Part shown: piece after piece, positions 32,358-40,000 of the stretch
Layout: the number at the start of each line of letters is the position of its first letter
Numbering within the stretch: the first letter of the stretch is position 1
Assembly: GCA_946480445.1 (NCBI GenBank)
Contig: CAMLJN010000001.1
Location: 113,352-153,351, forward strand
DNA: 40,000 nt
Origin: an uncultured Buttiauxella sp.
GTDB taxonomy: Bacteria > Pseudomonadota > Gammaproteobacteria > Enterobacterales > Enterobacteriaceae
Reading direction: 5' to 3'
Made by a program: the position numbers and the translations under genes
Notes under the pieces: model-generated
Told to the model about the DNA's origin: nothing
The model's database searches: none
Seen by the model: only the letters and a program-made list of their open reading frames with translations

Positions 32358-33296
32358 TTAAGCGACTCTGGTAAGCTTGTTAAACTTATATTGGCTGCGT
32401 ACCGAATGTTTTTTAGCCAGTTCGACCAGGGTCGCGGCAGATCTTTTAATACAATAATTTTTCGACCATGCCGCCGCATAACGAGCAACGGGTAATTTAT
32501 CTTCTACCGGAACTTTACAAAACTGACTGGAGCCAAAGGGAGAAATCATATCGCCTGGAATAACCGTCAGAAATCCTGCATTCAGCACCAGGTTATAAAT
32601 GGTGACCACCGAGTCCGTTTTAATGATATTTTCACTGTTGATATTATTCTTTTGTAACGTGGTAAGCAGCTCGCTGTAATATCCCATCTCGGTATGTGGT
32701 AGCACCCACTGCTCGTGGCTTAGGGCGCTGAGCGTTGTCGTACCGCCGCAGGATCGCGTTCGGCTGGCGACCAGAATAAATTCGGACTCAAACAGCGGCT
32801 CAATATGCAGATCCTGGAGCAGCATTTCATCGCTAAGCGTGCCGATGGCAAAATCCAGCCGCCCATCGCGAATCGCAGGTAAGAATGAAGAAAGCTGCGC
32901 TTCGAACATCGAAACCTGCGCCTGGGGGAAAAGCTCCTTAAACTCTTTCATCATGTCCGGCAAAAAGGTGAAGCCAATTAATGAAGGGTAGCCAAAGGAG
33001 ACATCGACCACATCGTTCCCCACCATGCTGCTCATCTCGTTGCACATATTTCTTAACTCGCGGGTAATGGACTCCGAGTGGGTCAGCAATACCTTTCCTG
33101 CTTCCGTCAGCTTCACGCCCGTGTTCTTACGTATGATCAGCGCTAATCCAAAGTAGGTTTCCATATCGCTGATAATTTTACTGACCGCAGGCTGAGTTAA
33201 ACCAAGTTGTTTTGCCGCAGAGCCAAATGAACCGCTTCTGACGACTTCCAGGAAGACCATCAGATGCTGTGTTTTAGGTAACGTTGTATTGTCCAT
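32358..33296 (-). CDS. tdcA: LysR-family activator of the tdc operon
   Basis: The 312-aa ORF ...LPKTQHLMVFLEVVRSGSFGSAAKQLGLTQPAVSKII... is collinear with E. coli TdcA. It is the first gene of the operon. Confidence 0.93.
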   Translation of the reverse strand: MDNTTLPKTQHLMVFLEVVRSGSFGSAAKQLGLTQPAVSKIISDMETYFGLALIIRKNTGVKLTEAGKVLLTHSESITRELRNMCNEMSSMVGNDVVDVSFGYPSLIGFTFLPDMMKEFKELFPQAQVSMFEAQLSSFLPAIRDGRLDFAIGTLSDEMLLQDLHIEPLFESEFILVASRTRSCGGTTTLSALSHEQWVLPHTEMGYYSELLTTLQKNNINSENIIKTDSVVTIYNLVLNAGFLTVIPGDMISPFGSSQFCKVPVEDKLPVARYAAAWSKNYCIKRSAATLVELAKKHSVRSQYKFNKLTRVA

Positions 33297-33359
33297 GAAA
33301 CTTTGCGCCGATTTAATCTCCCATGCAGTGGATCATATCGAATTCGCAGTGGATTGTTA

Positions 33360-33375
33360 TGTGCAGTGACTCACA
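33360..33375 (-). promoter_or_regulatory. CRP site of a probable class II tdc promoter
   Basis: TGTGCagtgacTCACA matches the consensus core at 9 of 10 positions. A minus-strand TATGAT -10 hexamer lies at 33337-33332. That places the site centre about 42 nt upstream of the inferred transcription start. Confidence 0.55.
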
Positions 33376-33701
33376 ATTACCAGACGCCTGATGGCACACA
33401 AAGCAGGCATAACAATTAAAAACTATAAAAATCAAAAGGTTGACATTTTCCGATCTGCAGTTTACATGATTAAAGTCAACCTTGCGACAGGTAATAAATT
33501 AAATTTATGGTGATAATAAAATCATATCCATAGCAATAACTTATTGTATTTAAAATATTTTATTTTAATTAAAGAATATTTATCTGTGGTGATAAGCCAT
33601 GAAGCAGCTGCAACCCACAAAATAAAATAATTATGCATTATTTATAATTATTTTTTAATTCTGTCGTTCTTTATTTGCGCTATGGGTGCCCGGACAGACG
33701 T

Positions 33702-33726
33702 AAAAAAACCCGCACGAGGCGGGTTT
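33702..33726 (-). terminator. fbaA intrinsic terminator
   Basis: The minus strand reads aaacccgc-ctcgt-gcgggttt followed by ttttt, 26 nt after the fbaA stop. Confidence 0.85.
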
Positions 33727-33751
33727 CAATTCAAACCTTCAGCGCGACAAA

Positions 33752-34831
33752 TTACAGAACGTCAACCGCGTTCAGTTCTTTGAAAGCCTGCTCCAGACGG
33801 GTGATCATGGAAGTCTGTGCAGCACGCAGCCAAACGCGTGGATCGTAGTATTTCTTGTTCGGCTGATCTGCGCCTTTAGGGTTGCCCAGCTGGCCCTGCA
33901 GGTAAGCTTCGTTTTCTTTGTAGTAGTTCAGGATACCGTCCCATGTTGCCCACTGGGTGTCGGTGTCGATGTTCATTTTGATAACACCGTAGCTGACGGA
34001 ATCTTTGATTTCCTGAGCGGTAGAACCGGAGCCGCCGTGGAATACGAAGTTCAGGGAGTTGTGCGGCAGGTTATGTTTCTTAGAAACATAGTCCTGGGAA
34101 TCGCGCAGGATAGTTGGGGTCAGTACCACGTTACCTGGCTTATAAACGCCGTGTACGTTACCGAAGGAAGCAGCGATGGTGAAACGCGGGCTGATTTTGC
34201 TCAGCTCGGTGTATGCGTAATCAACATCTTCCGGCTGGGTGTAAAGTGCGGAAGCGTCCATGTGGCTGTTGTCCACGCCATCTTCTTCACCGCCGGTGCA
34301 GCCCAGTTCGATTTCCAGAGTCATGCCAATTTTGGACATGCGAGCCAGGTATTTGGAACTGATTTCGATGTTCTCTTCCAGGGACTCTTCGGACAGGTCA
34401 ATCATGTGAGAAGAGAACAGAGGTTTACCGGTAGCCGCGAAGTGTTTTTCACCCGCGTCCAGCAGGCCGTCGATCCACGGCAGCAGTTTCTTCGCGCAGT
34501 GGTCGGTGTGCAGGATAACAGGCACGCCGTAGTGCTCAGCCATCTGGTGAACGTGGTGTGCGCCAGAGATGGCACCCAGGATTGCTGCACCCTGTGGCAC
34601 GTCGGTTTTCACGCCTTTGCCCGCGATAAACGCAGCGCCACCGTTGGAGAACTGTACGATAACCGGCGCTTTTACTTTCGCTGCGGTTTCCAGAACGGCG
34701 TTGATAGAGTCGGTGCCGACGCAGTTAACTGCTGGCAGAGCAAAGTTGTTCTCTTTTGCTACCTGGAAAACTTTCTGTACGTCATCACCAGTGATTACGC
34801 CTGGTTTTACGAAATCAAAAATTTTAGACAT
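33752..34831 (-). CDS. fbaA: class II fructose-bisphosphate aldolase
   Basis: The ATG at 34831 gives MSKIFDFVKPGVITGDDVQKVFQVAKENNFALPAVNCVG..., 359 aa as in E. coli. Confidence 0.97.
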   Translation of the reverse strand: MSKIFDFVKPGVITGDDVQKVFQVAKENNFALPAVNCVGTDSINAVLETAAKVKAPVIVQFSNGGAAFIAGKGVKTDVPQGAAILGAISGAHHVHQMAEHYGVPVILHTDHCAKKLLPWIDGLLDAGEKHFAATGKPLFSSHMIDLSEESLEENIEISSKYLARMSKIGMTLEIELGCTGGEEDGVDNSHMDASALYTQPEDVDYAYTELSKISPRFTIAASFGNVHGVYKPGNVVLTPTILRDSQDYVSKKHNLPHNSLNFVFHGGSGSTAQEIKDSVSYGVIKMNIDTDTQWATWDGILNYYKENEAYLQGQLGNPKGADQPNKKYYDPRVWLRAAQTSMITRLEQAFKELNAVDVL

Positions 34832-34903
34832 GTTACGTTGTCCTGTATCGTTGGCCGTTAGAAAAACTGTGTATCGCCCGGGTTGTTGGGCGACCAAAAA
34901 ACA

Positions 34904-34925
34904 ACGGGCAGGATACCCTGCCCGT
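34904..34925 (-). terminator. hairpin plus T-tract between pgk and fbaA (attenuator or processing site)
   Basis: The minus strand reads acgggcagg-gtat-cctgcccgt followed by tgtttttt. Confidence 0.55.
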
Positions 34926-34930
34926 AACAA

Positions 34931-36094
34931 TTACTTCTTCGCGCGCTCTTCGAGCATCGCTACTGCTGGCAGAACTTTGCCTTCCACGAATTCGAGGAAT
35001 GCACCACCACCAGTGGAGATGTAGGAGATCTTGTCGGCAATACCGAACAGGTCGATAGCCGCCAGGGTGTCACCGCCGCCGGCAATAGAGAAGGCTTCGC
35101 TGTCTGCGATGGCGTTAGCCACGATTTCAGTCCCTTTACGGAAGTTAGGGAATTCGAACACGCCAACCGGGCCGTTCCACAGAATGGTTTTTGCATTCTT
35201 CAGGATCTCAGCCAGCTTCTGTGCGGAAACGTCGCCCAGGTCCAGAATCTGCTCTTCATCTTTGATGTCGCTGACGGATTTCAGAGTCGCAGTCGCTGTT
35301 TCGGAGAATTCAGTGGCTACGCGAACATCCGTTGGCACAGGGATGTCACAGGTCGTCAGCAGGCGTTTAGCTTCATCAACCAGGTCTGCTTCGTACAGGG
35401 ATTTACCTACGTTATGGCCTTGAGCCGCCACGAAGGTATTCGCGATGCCGCCGCCAACAATCAGCTGGTCAGCGATTTTGGACAGGGAATCCAGCACGGT
35501 CAGTTTAGTAGAAACTTTAGACCCGCCAACGATAGCCACCATTGGGCGAGCTGGGTTGCCCAGGGCTTTACCCAGCGCATCCAGCTCAGCGGCCAGCAGT
35601 GGGCCTGCGCAAGCGATGTCTGCAAATTTACCTACGCCGTGAGTGGAAGCCTGTGCACGGTGAGCGGTACCGAAAGCATCCATCACGAATACGTCACACA
35701 GGGCAGCGTATTTTTTGGACAGGGCTTCGTCGTCTTTCTTTTCGCCTTTGTTAAAGCGAACGTTTTCCAGCACAACCAGTTCACCCGCGGCTACTTCAAC
35801 GCCGTCGAGGTAATCTTTAGCCAGGCGAACCGGAGAAGACAGTTTGTCTTTCAGGTAGTTAACAACCGGCAGCAGAGAGAATTCTTCGTTGTACTCGCCT
35901 TCGGTCGGACGCCCCAGGTGAGACGTCACCATGACTTTTGCACCTTGCTTCAGGGCCAGTTCAATGGTCGGCAGAGATGCACGGATACGTGCGTCAGATG
36001 TCACTTTCCCTTCTTTAACTGGTACGTTCAAATCAGCACGGATCAGAACGCGCTTACCAGCCAAATCCAGATCGGTCATCTTAATTACAGACAT
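34931..36094 (-). CDS. pgk: phosphoglycerate kinase
   Basis: The 387-aa ORF is [37 protein letters not shown].... Confidence 0.98.
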   Translation of the reverse strand: MSVIKMTDLDLAGKRVLIRADLNVPVKEGKVTSDARIRASLPTIELALKQGAKVMVTSHLGRPTEGEYNEEFSLLPVVNYLKDKLSSPVRLAKDYLDGVEVAAGELVVLENVRFNKGEKKDDEALSKKYAALCDVFVMDAFGTAHRAQASTHGVGKFADIACAGPLLAAELDALGKALGNPARPMVAIVGGSKVSTKLTVLDSLSKIADQLIVGGGIANTFVAAQGHNVGKSLYEADLVDEAKRLLTTCDIPVPTDVRVATEFSETATATLKSVSDIKDEEQILDLGDVSAQKLAEILKNAKTILWNGPVGVFEFPNFRKGTEIVANAIADSEAFSIAGGGDTLAAIDLFGIADKISYISTGGGAFLEFVEGKVLPAVAMLEERAKK

Positions 36095-36143
36095 GGTGAA
36101 TCCTCTCGTTGATTCTTAAAGTTTTGCAGACGCATAGCGCGCC

Positions 36144-37163
36144 TTACCTGAAACCACTTGCAGCCATGACTAACGTCGTGTCGAGCATTCGGTTAGCAAA
36201 GCCCCATTCATTATCACACCAGACCAGAGTTTTAATCAGGTGTTGTCCACTGACCCGCGTTTGCGTGCCGTCAATAATGGCACTGTGCGGATCGTGGTTA
36301 AAATCAGTCGAGACCAACGGTAATTCCGTATAGTCAACTATACCATGAAATGTATCCTGCGCCGATTTTTGCAGCAACAGGTTGACTTCATTGGCATTTA
36401 CCGCGTTACGCACCGTAACGCTCAAATCTATTGCCGTCACGTTAATGGTCGGCACACGCACCGCAATCGCTTCAAAACGATCGTTAAACTGCGGGAATAT
36501 ACGTGTGATCCCGGCAGCAAGACGCGTATCAACCGGGATGATTGACTGACTCGCCGCGCGGGTACGACGCAGGTCGGGATGATAAGCATCGATCACCTGC
36601 TGATCGTGCATGGCCGAGTGAATGGTCGTTACCGTGCCCCACTCAATGCCAAAGGCATCATCAAGCAACTTAATAATAGGGATAATACAGTTGGTGGTGC
36701 AGGAGGCATTGGAAACAATACGGTGCCCGGCAATGATGTCTTCGTGATTGACGCCGTAGACCACGGTGGCATCCAAATCGTTACCGCCAGGATGGGAGAA
36801 GAGAACCTTTTTGGCGCCTGCGGCAAGATGGGCTTCACCGTCGGCCCGGGAGCCAAACACGCCCGTGCAATCAAGCACAATATCCACGCCAAGGTCACGC
36901 CACGGCAGGGCTTCAATGGTGGATTCATGAAGCAGACGAATCGTATCGTCCCCCACCCAAAGTTGGTCGCGCTCCTGGCGAACTTCCCAGGCAAAGCGTC
37001 CATGGCTGGTGTCGTATTTCAACAGATGCGCCATACCCGCAGCATCAGCCAGTTCATTGATTGCTACGACGGTAATTTCCGCACGGCGACCGGATTCGTA
37101 CAATGCACGTACCACGTTGCGCCCAATGCGACCGAAGCCATTAATTGCTATGCGTACGGTCAT
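36144..37163 (-). CDS. epd: D-erythrose-4-phosphate dehydrogenase (GapB)
   Basis: The ATG at 37163 gives [37 protein letters not shown]..., 339 aa as in E. coli. The 30-codon upstream ORF extension is not conserved. Confidence 0.97.
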   Translation of the reverse strand: MTVRIAINGFGRIGRNVVRALYESGRRAEITVVAINELADAAGMAHLLKYDTSHGRFAWEVRQERDQLWVGDDTIRLLHESTIEALPWRDLGVDIVLDCTGVFGSRADGEAHLAAGAKKVLFSHPGGNDLDATVVYGVNHEDIIAGHRIVSNASCTTNCIIPIIKLLDDAFGIEWGTVTTIHSAMHDQQVIDAYHPDLRRTRAASQSIIPVDTRLAAGITRIFPQFNDRFEAIAVRVPTINVTAIDLSVTVRNAVNANEVNLLLQKSAQDTFHGIVDYTELPLVSTDFNHDPHSAIIDGTQTRVSGQHLIKTLVWCDNEWGFANRMLDTTLVMAASGFR

Positions 37164-37284
37164 ATCTCTCCTGCCAGAATCCCTGGAACTTTGTGGCAGA
37201 CAGAGTAATCCAGCCGCCGTCTCAGGGGAATCCTCGCACTCACGAAACTGCAATTGATTGCTTAATTGTCGAACATTTAATCGA

Positions 37285-37298
37285 CTGAAACGCTTCAG
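37285..37298. promoter_or_regulatory. Cra (FruR)-like operator upstream of epd
   Basis: cTGAAACGCTTCAg resembles the near-palindromic Cra consensus TGAAACGTTTCA. E. coli epd-pgk is reported to be under Cra and CRP control. Confidence 0.45.
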
Positions 37299-37423
37299 CT
37301 AGAATAAGCGAAACGGGGAATAAAAGGAATGTTGCCCCGGCACAGGCAACCGATCTTCTGACGTAGGTCACATTTTTTATGGAATAAATGAAACTAAAAA
37401 AGCGGGTGGGATGAATAACGAAC

Positions 37424-37448
37424 AAAAAAAAGGTCGCTTTCGCGACCC
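37424..37448 (-). terminator. strong intrinsic terminator, probably the functional tktA terminator (distal copy of a duplicated hairpin)
   Basis: The minus strand reads ggtcgc-gaaa-gcgacc followed by T8 (A8 at 37424-37431 on the plus strand). Confidence 0.8.
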
Positions 37449-37451
37449 GTT

Positions 37452-37593
37452 CTGAATGATTTTTACTCTGACACAATCTTACGGCACAAATGTCGCCCTG
37501 ATTAATCAGGAAAATCAATTTTTTTGATTTTCGACAGCTCAATCACAATGAAGGAAAAACCACGTTTTTTCCTTCATTGTCTGTAGCATAACG
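37452..37593 (-). repeat. MITE-like intergenic unit, copy B (two-hairpin core 37508-37580)
   Basis: On the minus strand, hairpin 1 is acaatgaaggaaaaa-acgtgg-tttttccttcattgt (37545-37580). Hairpin 2 is gaaaatcaa-aaaaa-ttgattttc (37510-37532). It also has a perfect 14-bp palindrome CCTGATTAATCAGG (37497-37510). Confidence 0.7.
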
Positions 37594-37618
37594 GGTCGCT
37601 TTCGCGACCCGTTATGCT
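37585..37618 (-). other. 15-bp perfect hairpin directly 3' of tktA (proximal copy of the duplicated hairpin; no U-tract)
   Basis: agcataacgggtcgc-tttc-gcgacccgttatgct contains the same 20-mer ggtcgctttcgcgacccgtt found at 37432-37451. Confidence 0.7.
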
Positions 37619-37625
37619 ATGACGA

Positions 37626-39617
37626 TTACAGAATGGCTTTAGCCTGCTTCACCACATTCTCAACGGTGAAACCAAACTCTTCGAACAGCTGCTCGGCAGG
37701 CGCTGACTCACCGAAGGTGGTCATACCCACAACCGCACCGTTCAGGCCAACGTACTTGTACCAGTAGTCAGCGATGCTGGCTTCGATAGCCACGCGAGCG
37801 GCGACGGCTTTCGGCAGCACGGCCTCACGATAGGCAGCGTCCTGCTTGTCGAAGGCGTCGGTAGACGGCATGGAAACCACGCGCGCTTTCACGCCTTCGG
37901 CACTCAGCTTATCCCAGGCCGCCACGGCCAGTTCAACTTCGGAACCGGTCGCGATAAGGATAAGCTCTGGTGTCCCTGCGCAGTCTTTCAGGATATAAGC
38001 GCCACGGGCGATATCCGCCAGCTGCTGCTCAGTACGTTCCTGCTGGGCCAGGTTCTGACGGGAGAAGATCAGCGCGGTTGGGCCGTCCTGACGTTCCACC
38101 GCATATTTCCACGCTACCGCAGACTCAACCTGGTCACATGGACGCCATGTGCTCATGTTAGGCGTTACGCGCAGGGCAGCAAGCTGCTCTACCGGCTGGT
38201 GGGTTGGGCCATCTTCGCCCAGACCGATGGAGTCGTGGGTATAAACCATTACCTGACGCTGTTTCATGAGTGCCGCCATACGCACCGCGTTACGGGCATA
38301 CTCCACGAACATCAGGAACGTCGAGGTGTAAGGCAGGAAGCCGCCGTGCAGCGCGATACCGTTGGCAATCGCGGTCATACCGAACTCGCGCACGCCGTAA
38401 TGGATGTAGTTGCCAGCAACGTCTTCGTTGATTGGCTTAGAGCCGGACCACAGGGTCAGGTTGCTCGGTGCCAGGTCAGCGGAGCCGCCGAGGAATTCAG
38501 GCAGCAGATGACCAAAAGCTTCAATGGTGTTCTGAGAAGCTTTACGGCTGGCAATTTTCGCAGGGTTAGCCTGCAGATTTGCGATGAACGCCTGCGCTTT
38601 CGCAGCGAAATCAGCCGGCATGTCGCCTTTCATACGACGAGTAAATTCTGCCGCTTCCTGCGGGAAAGCTTTAGCGTAAGCCGCGAACTTCTCGTTCCAG
38701 CTAGCTTCTTTCGCCTGGCCTGCTTCACGGGCATCCCACTGCGCATAGATGTCCTGCGGGATTTCGAATGCCGGATGTTTCCAGTCAAGGGCTTCACGGG
38801 TCAGAGCAATCTCTGCATCACCTAACGGTGCACCGTGTGAATCGTGCGTACCGGCTTTGTTTGGTGAACCGAAACCGATGATGGTTTTGCACATCAGCAG
38901 AGAAGGTTTGTCGGTAACGCCTTTAGCTTCTTCAACGGCGCGTTTGATGGCGTCCGCATCGTGACCGTCCACGCCGCGAACAACGTGCCAGCCGTAGGCT
39001 TCAAAGCGCTTAGCGGTATCGTCGGTGAACCAACCTTCAACGTGGCCGTCAATTGAGATGCCGTTGTCATCGTAGAACGCCACCAGTTTGCCCAGCTTCA
39101 GCGTACCGGCAAGGGAACAAACTTCGTGGGAGATGCCTTCCATCATGCAGCCATCACCCATAAAGACGTAGGTGAAGTGGTCGACGATGTCATGACCAGG
39201 ACGGTTGAACTGCGCCGCCATAGTACGTTCAGCAATCGCCATACCTACTGCGTTCGCCACACCCTGACCCAGCGGGCCGGTTGTGGTTTCAACACCGGCG
39301 GTATAACCCACTTCCGGGTGACCTGGGGTTTTGGAATGCAGCTGACGGAAGTTTTTCAGCTCTTCAATCGGCAGATCGTAACCCGTGAGGTGCAGCAGGC
39401 TATAAATCAGCATGGAGCCGTGACCGTTGGACAGGACGAAACGGTCGCGGTCGGCCCAGGATGGATTCTGCGGGTTATGGTTCAGGAAATCACGCCACAG
39501 GACTTCTGCAATATCGGCCATTCCCATTGGGGCACCCGGGTGACCGGATTTGGCTTTTTGTACTGCGTCCATGCTGAGCGCACGAATAGCATTGGCAAGC
39601 TCTTTACGAGAGGACAT
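37626..39617 (-). CDS. tktA: transketolase 1
   Basis: The ATG at 39617 gives [41 protein letters not shown]..., 663 aa as in E. coli TktA. Confidence 0.98.
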   Translation of the reverse strand: MSSRKELANAIRALSMDAVQKAKSGHPGAPMGMADIAEVLWRDFLNHNPQNPSWADRDRFVLSNGHGSMLIYSLLHLTGYDLPIEELKNFRQLHSKTPGHPEVGYTAGVETTTGPLGQGVANAVGMAIAERTMAAQFNRPGHDIVDHFTYVFMGDGCMMEGISHEVCSLAGTLKLGKLVAFYDDNGISIDGHVEGWFTDDTAKRFEAYGWHVVRGVDGHDADAIKRAVEEAKGVTDKPSLLMCKTIIGFGSPNKAGTHDSHGAPLGDAEIALTREALDWKHPAFEIPQDIYAQWDAREAGQAKEASWNEKFAAYAKAFPQEAAEFTRRMKGDMPADFAAKAQAFIANLQANPAKIASRKASQNTIEAFGHLLPEFLGGSADLAPSNLTLWSGSKPINEDVAGNYIHYGVREFGMTAIANGIALHGGFLPYTSTFLMFVEYARNAVRMAALMKQRQVMVYTHDSIGLGEDGPTHQPVEQLAALRVTPNMSTWRPCDQVESAVAWKYAVERQDGPTALIFSRQNLAQQERTEQQLADIARGAYILKDCAGTPELILIATGSEVELAVAAWDKLSAEGVKARVVSMPSTDAFDKQDAAYREAVLPKAVAARVAIEASIADYWYKYVGLNGAVVGMTTFGESAPAEQLFEEFGFTVENVVKQAKAIL

Positions 39618-39897
39618 TTTCACTCCAGATCGGATGGTTGAAGGTCACGCCTTGTTTTACGACTTGACTACTAAGCGTTATGGGCTACGCCCGAAAAGTG
39701 CCCACAATGTACCGCAAGCCGTGGGCCATGTACATGGAGCATCCTTTTGTCCGGTTAAGAAATCTCTGGATCGCGCTCGCATGTTGCGCAAGTAGCTGCG
39801 CGGGATCTGTTATCTTCTTTATACTGTGCCTCACTCGTCGCCAATACAGGCGCGTGTTCACCCCCTGACTGTTGAAACAAATAAAGGATGACTGGCC

Positions 39898-40000
39898 ATG
39901 AAGATGCGCCCTATTTTACTGAGCCTGACGCTCGCCACCGCGCTGAGCGGCTGCCAAAACATGGATTCCAACGGTTTATTGACCTCCGGTGCGGAAGCCT
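39898..40000 (+). CDS. loiP: M48-family metalloprotease lipoprotein LoiP (YggG), N-terminal part; the 3' end lies outside the window
   Basis: MKMRPILLSLTLATALSGCQNMDSNGLLTSGAEA has a lipobox LSGC. It is collinear with the E. coli LoiP N-terminus and divergent from tktA. Confidence 0.85.
   Translation, partial: MKMRPILLSLTLATALSGCQNMDSNGLLTSGAEA

Noticed and set aside
33599-33625. Tiny ORFs in the AT-rich tdc upstream region (for example atgaagcagctgcaacccacaaaataa, 8 codons), considered as a tdcR substitute
   Set aside because: They are too short, lack convincing ribosome-binding sites, and are expected by chance in AT-rich DNA.

Overview
This window is an ordinary chromosomal core-genome segment from an Enterobacteriaceae member. 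The proteins are clearly orthologous to E. coli K-12 but diverged, and the REP sequences are not E. coli type. Gene order is collinear with the K-12 block fldB ... tktA-loiP (b2895-b2936, from memory): fldB', ygfX(cptA)-sdhE, ygfZ, yqfA, bglA, ygfF, gcvTHP, ubiI-ubiH-pepP-ygfB, zapA-ssrS(6S RNA)-fau, serA, rpiA, argP, yggE, argO, mscS, fbaA-pgk-epd, tktA, loiP'. I see five differences from my memory of K-12. (1) An HD-domain gene and an RpiR-family regulator sit upstream of bglA where K-12 has yqfB. (2) An OmpR-type response regulator and histidine kinase pair lies between bglA and ygfF. (3) There is no sibC/ibsC between fau and serA, and those two ORFs overlap. (4) The scpABC-ygfI block (argP/yggE junction) and the yggCDF-cmt block (epd/tktA junction) are absent. 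(5) A complete tdcABCDEF operon is inserted between mscS and fbaA. I found no prophage, IS element, CRISPR array, defence or toxin cassette, or unexplained multi-gene system. The most unusual structure is non-coding. A roughly 140-nt unit with a conserved two-hairpin core occurs twice, 3' of argP and 3' of tktA, in the same orientation relative to the upstream gene. Each copy is bracketed by a duplicated copy of the local terminator hairpin, spaced 163 nt and 162 nt apart. This looks like a terminator-targeting MITE-like or 3'UTR element. argO also carries a 1-nt frameshift. All coordinates and alignments were done by eye from the sequence, and no database search was possible.
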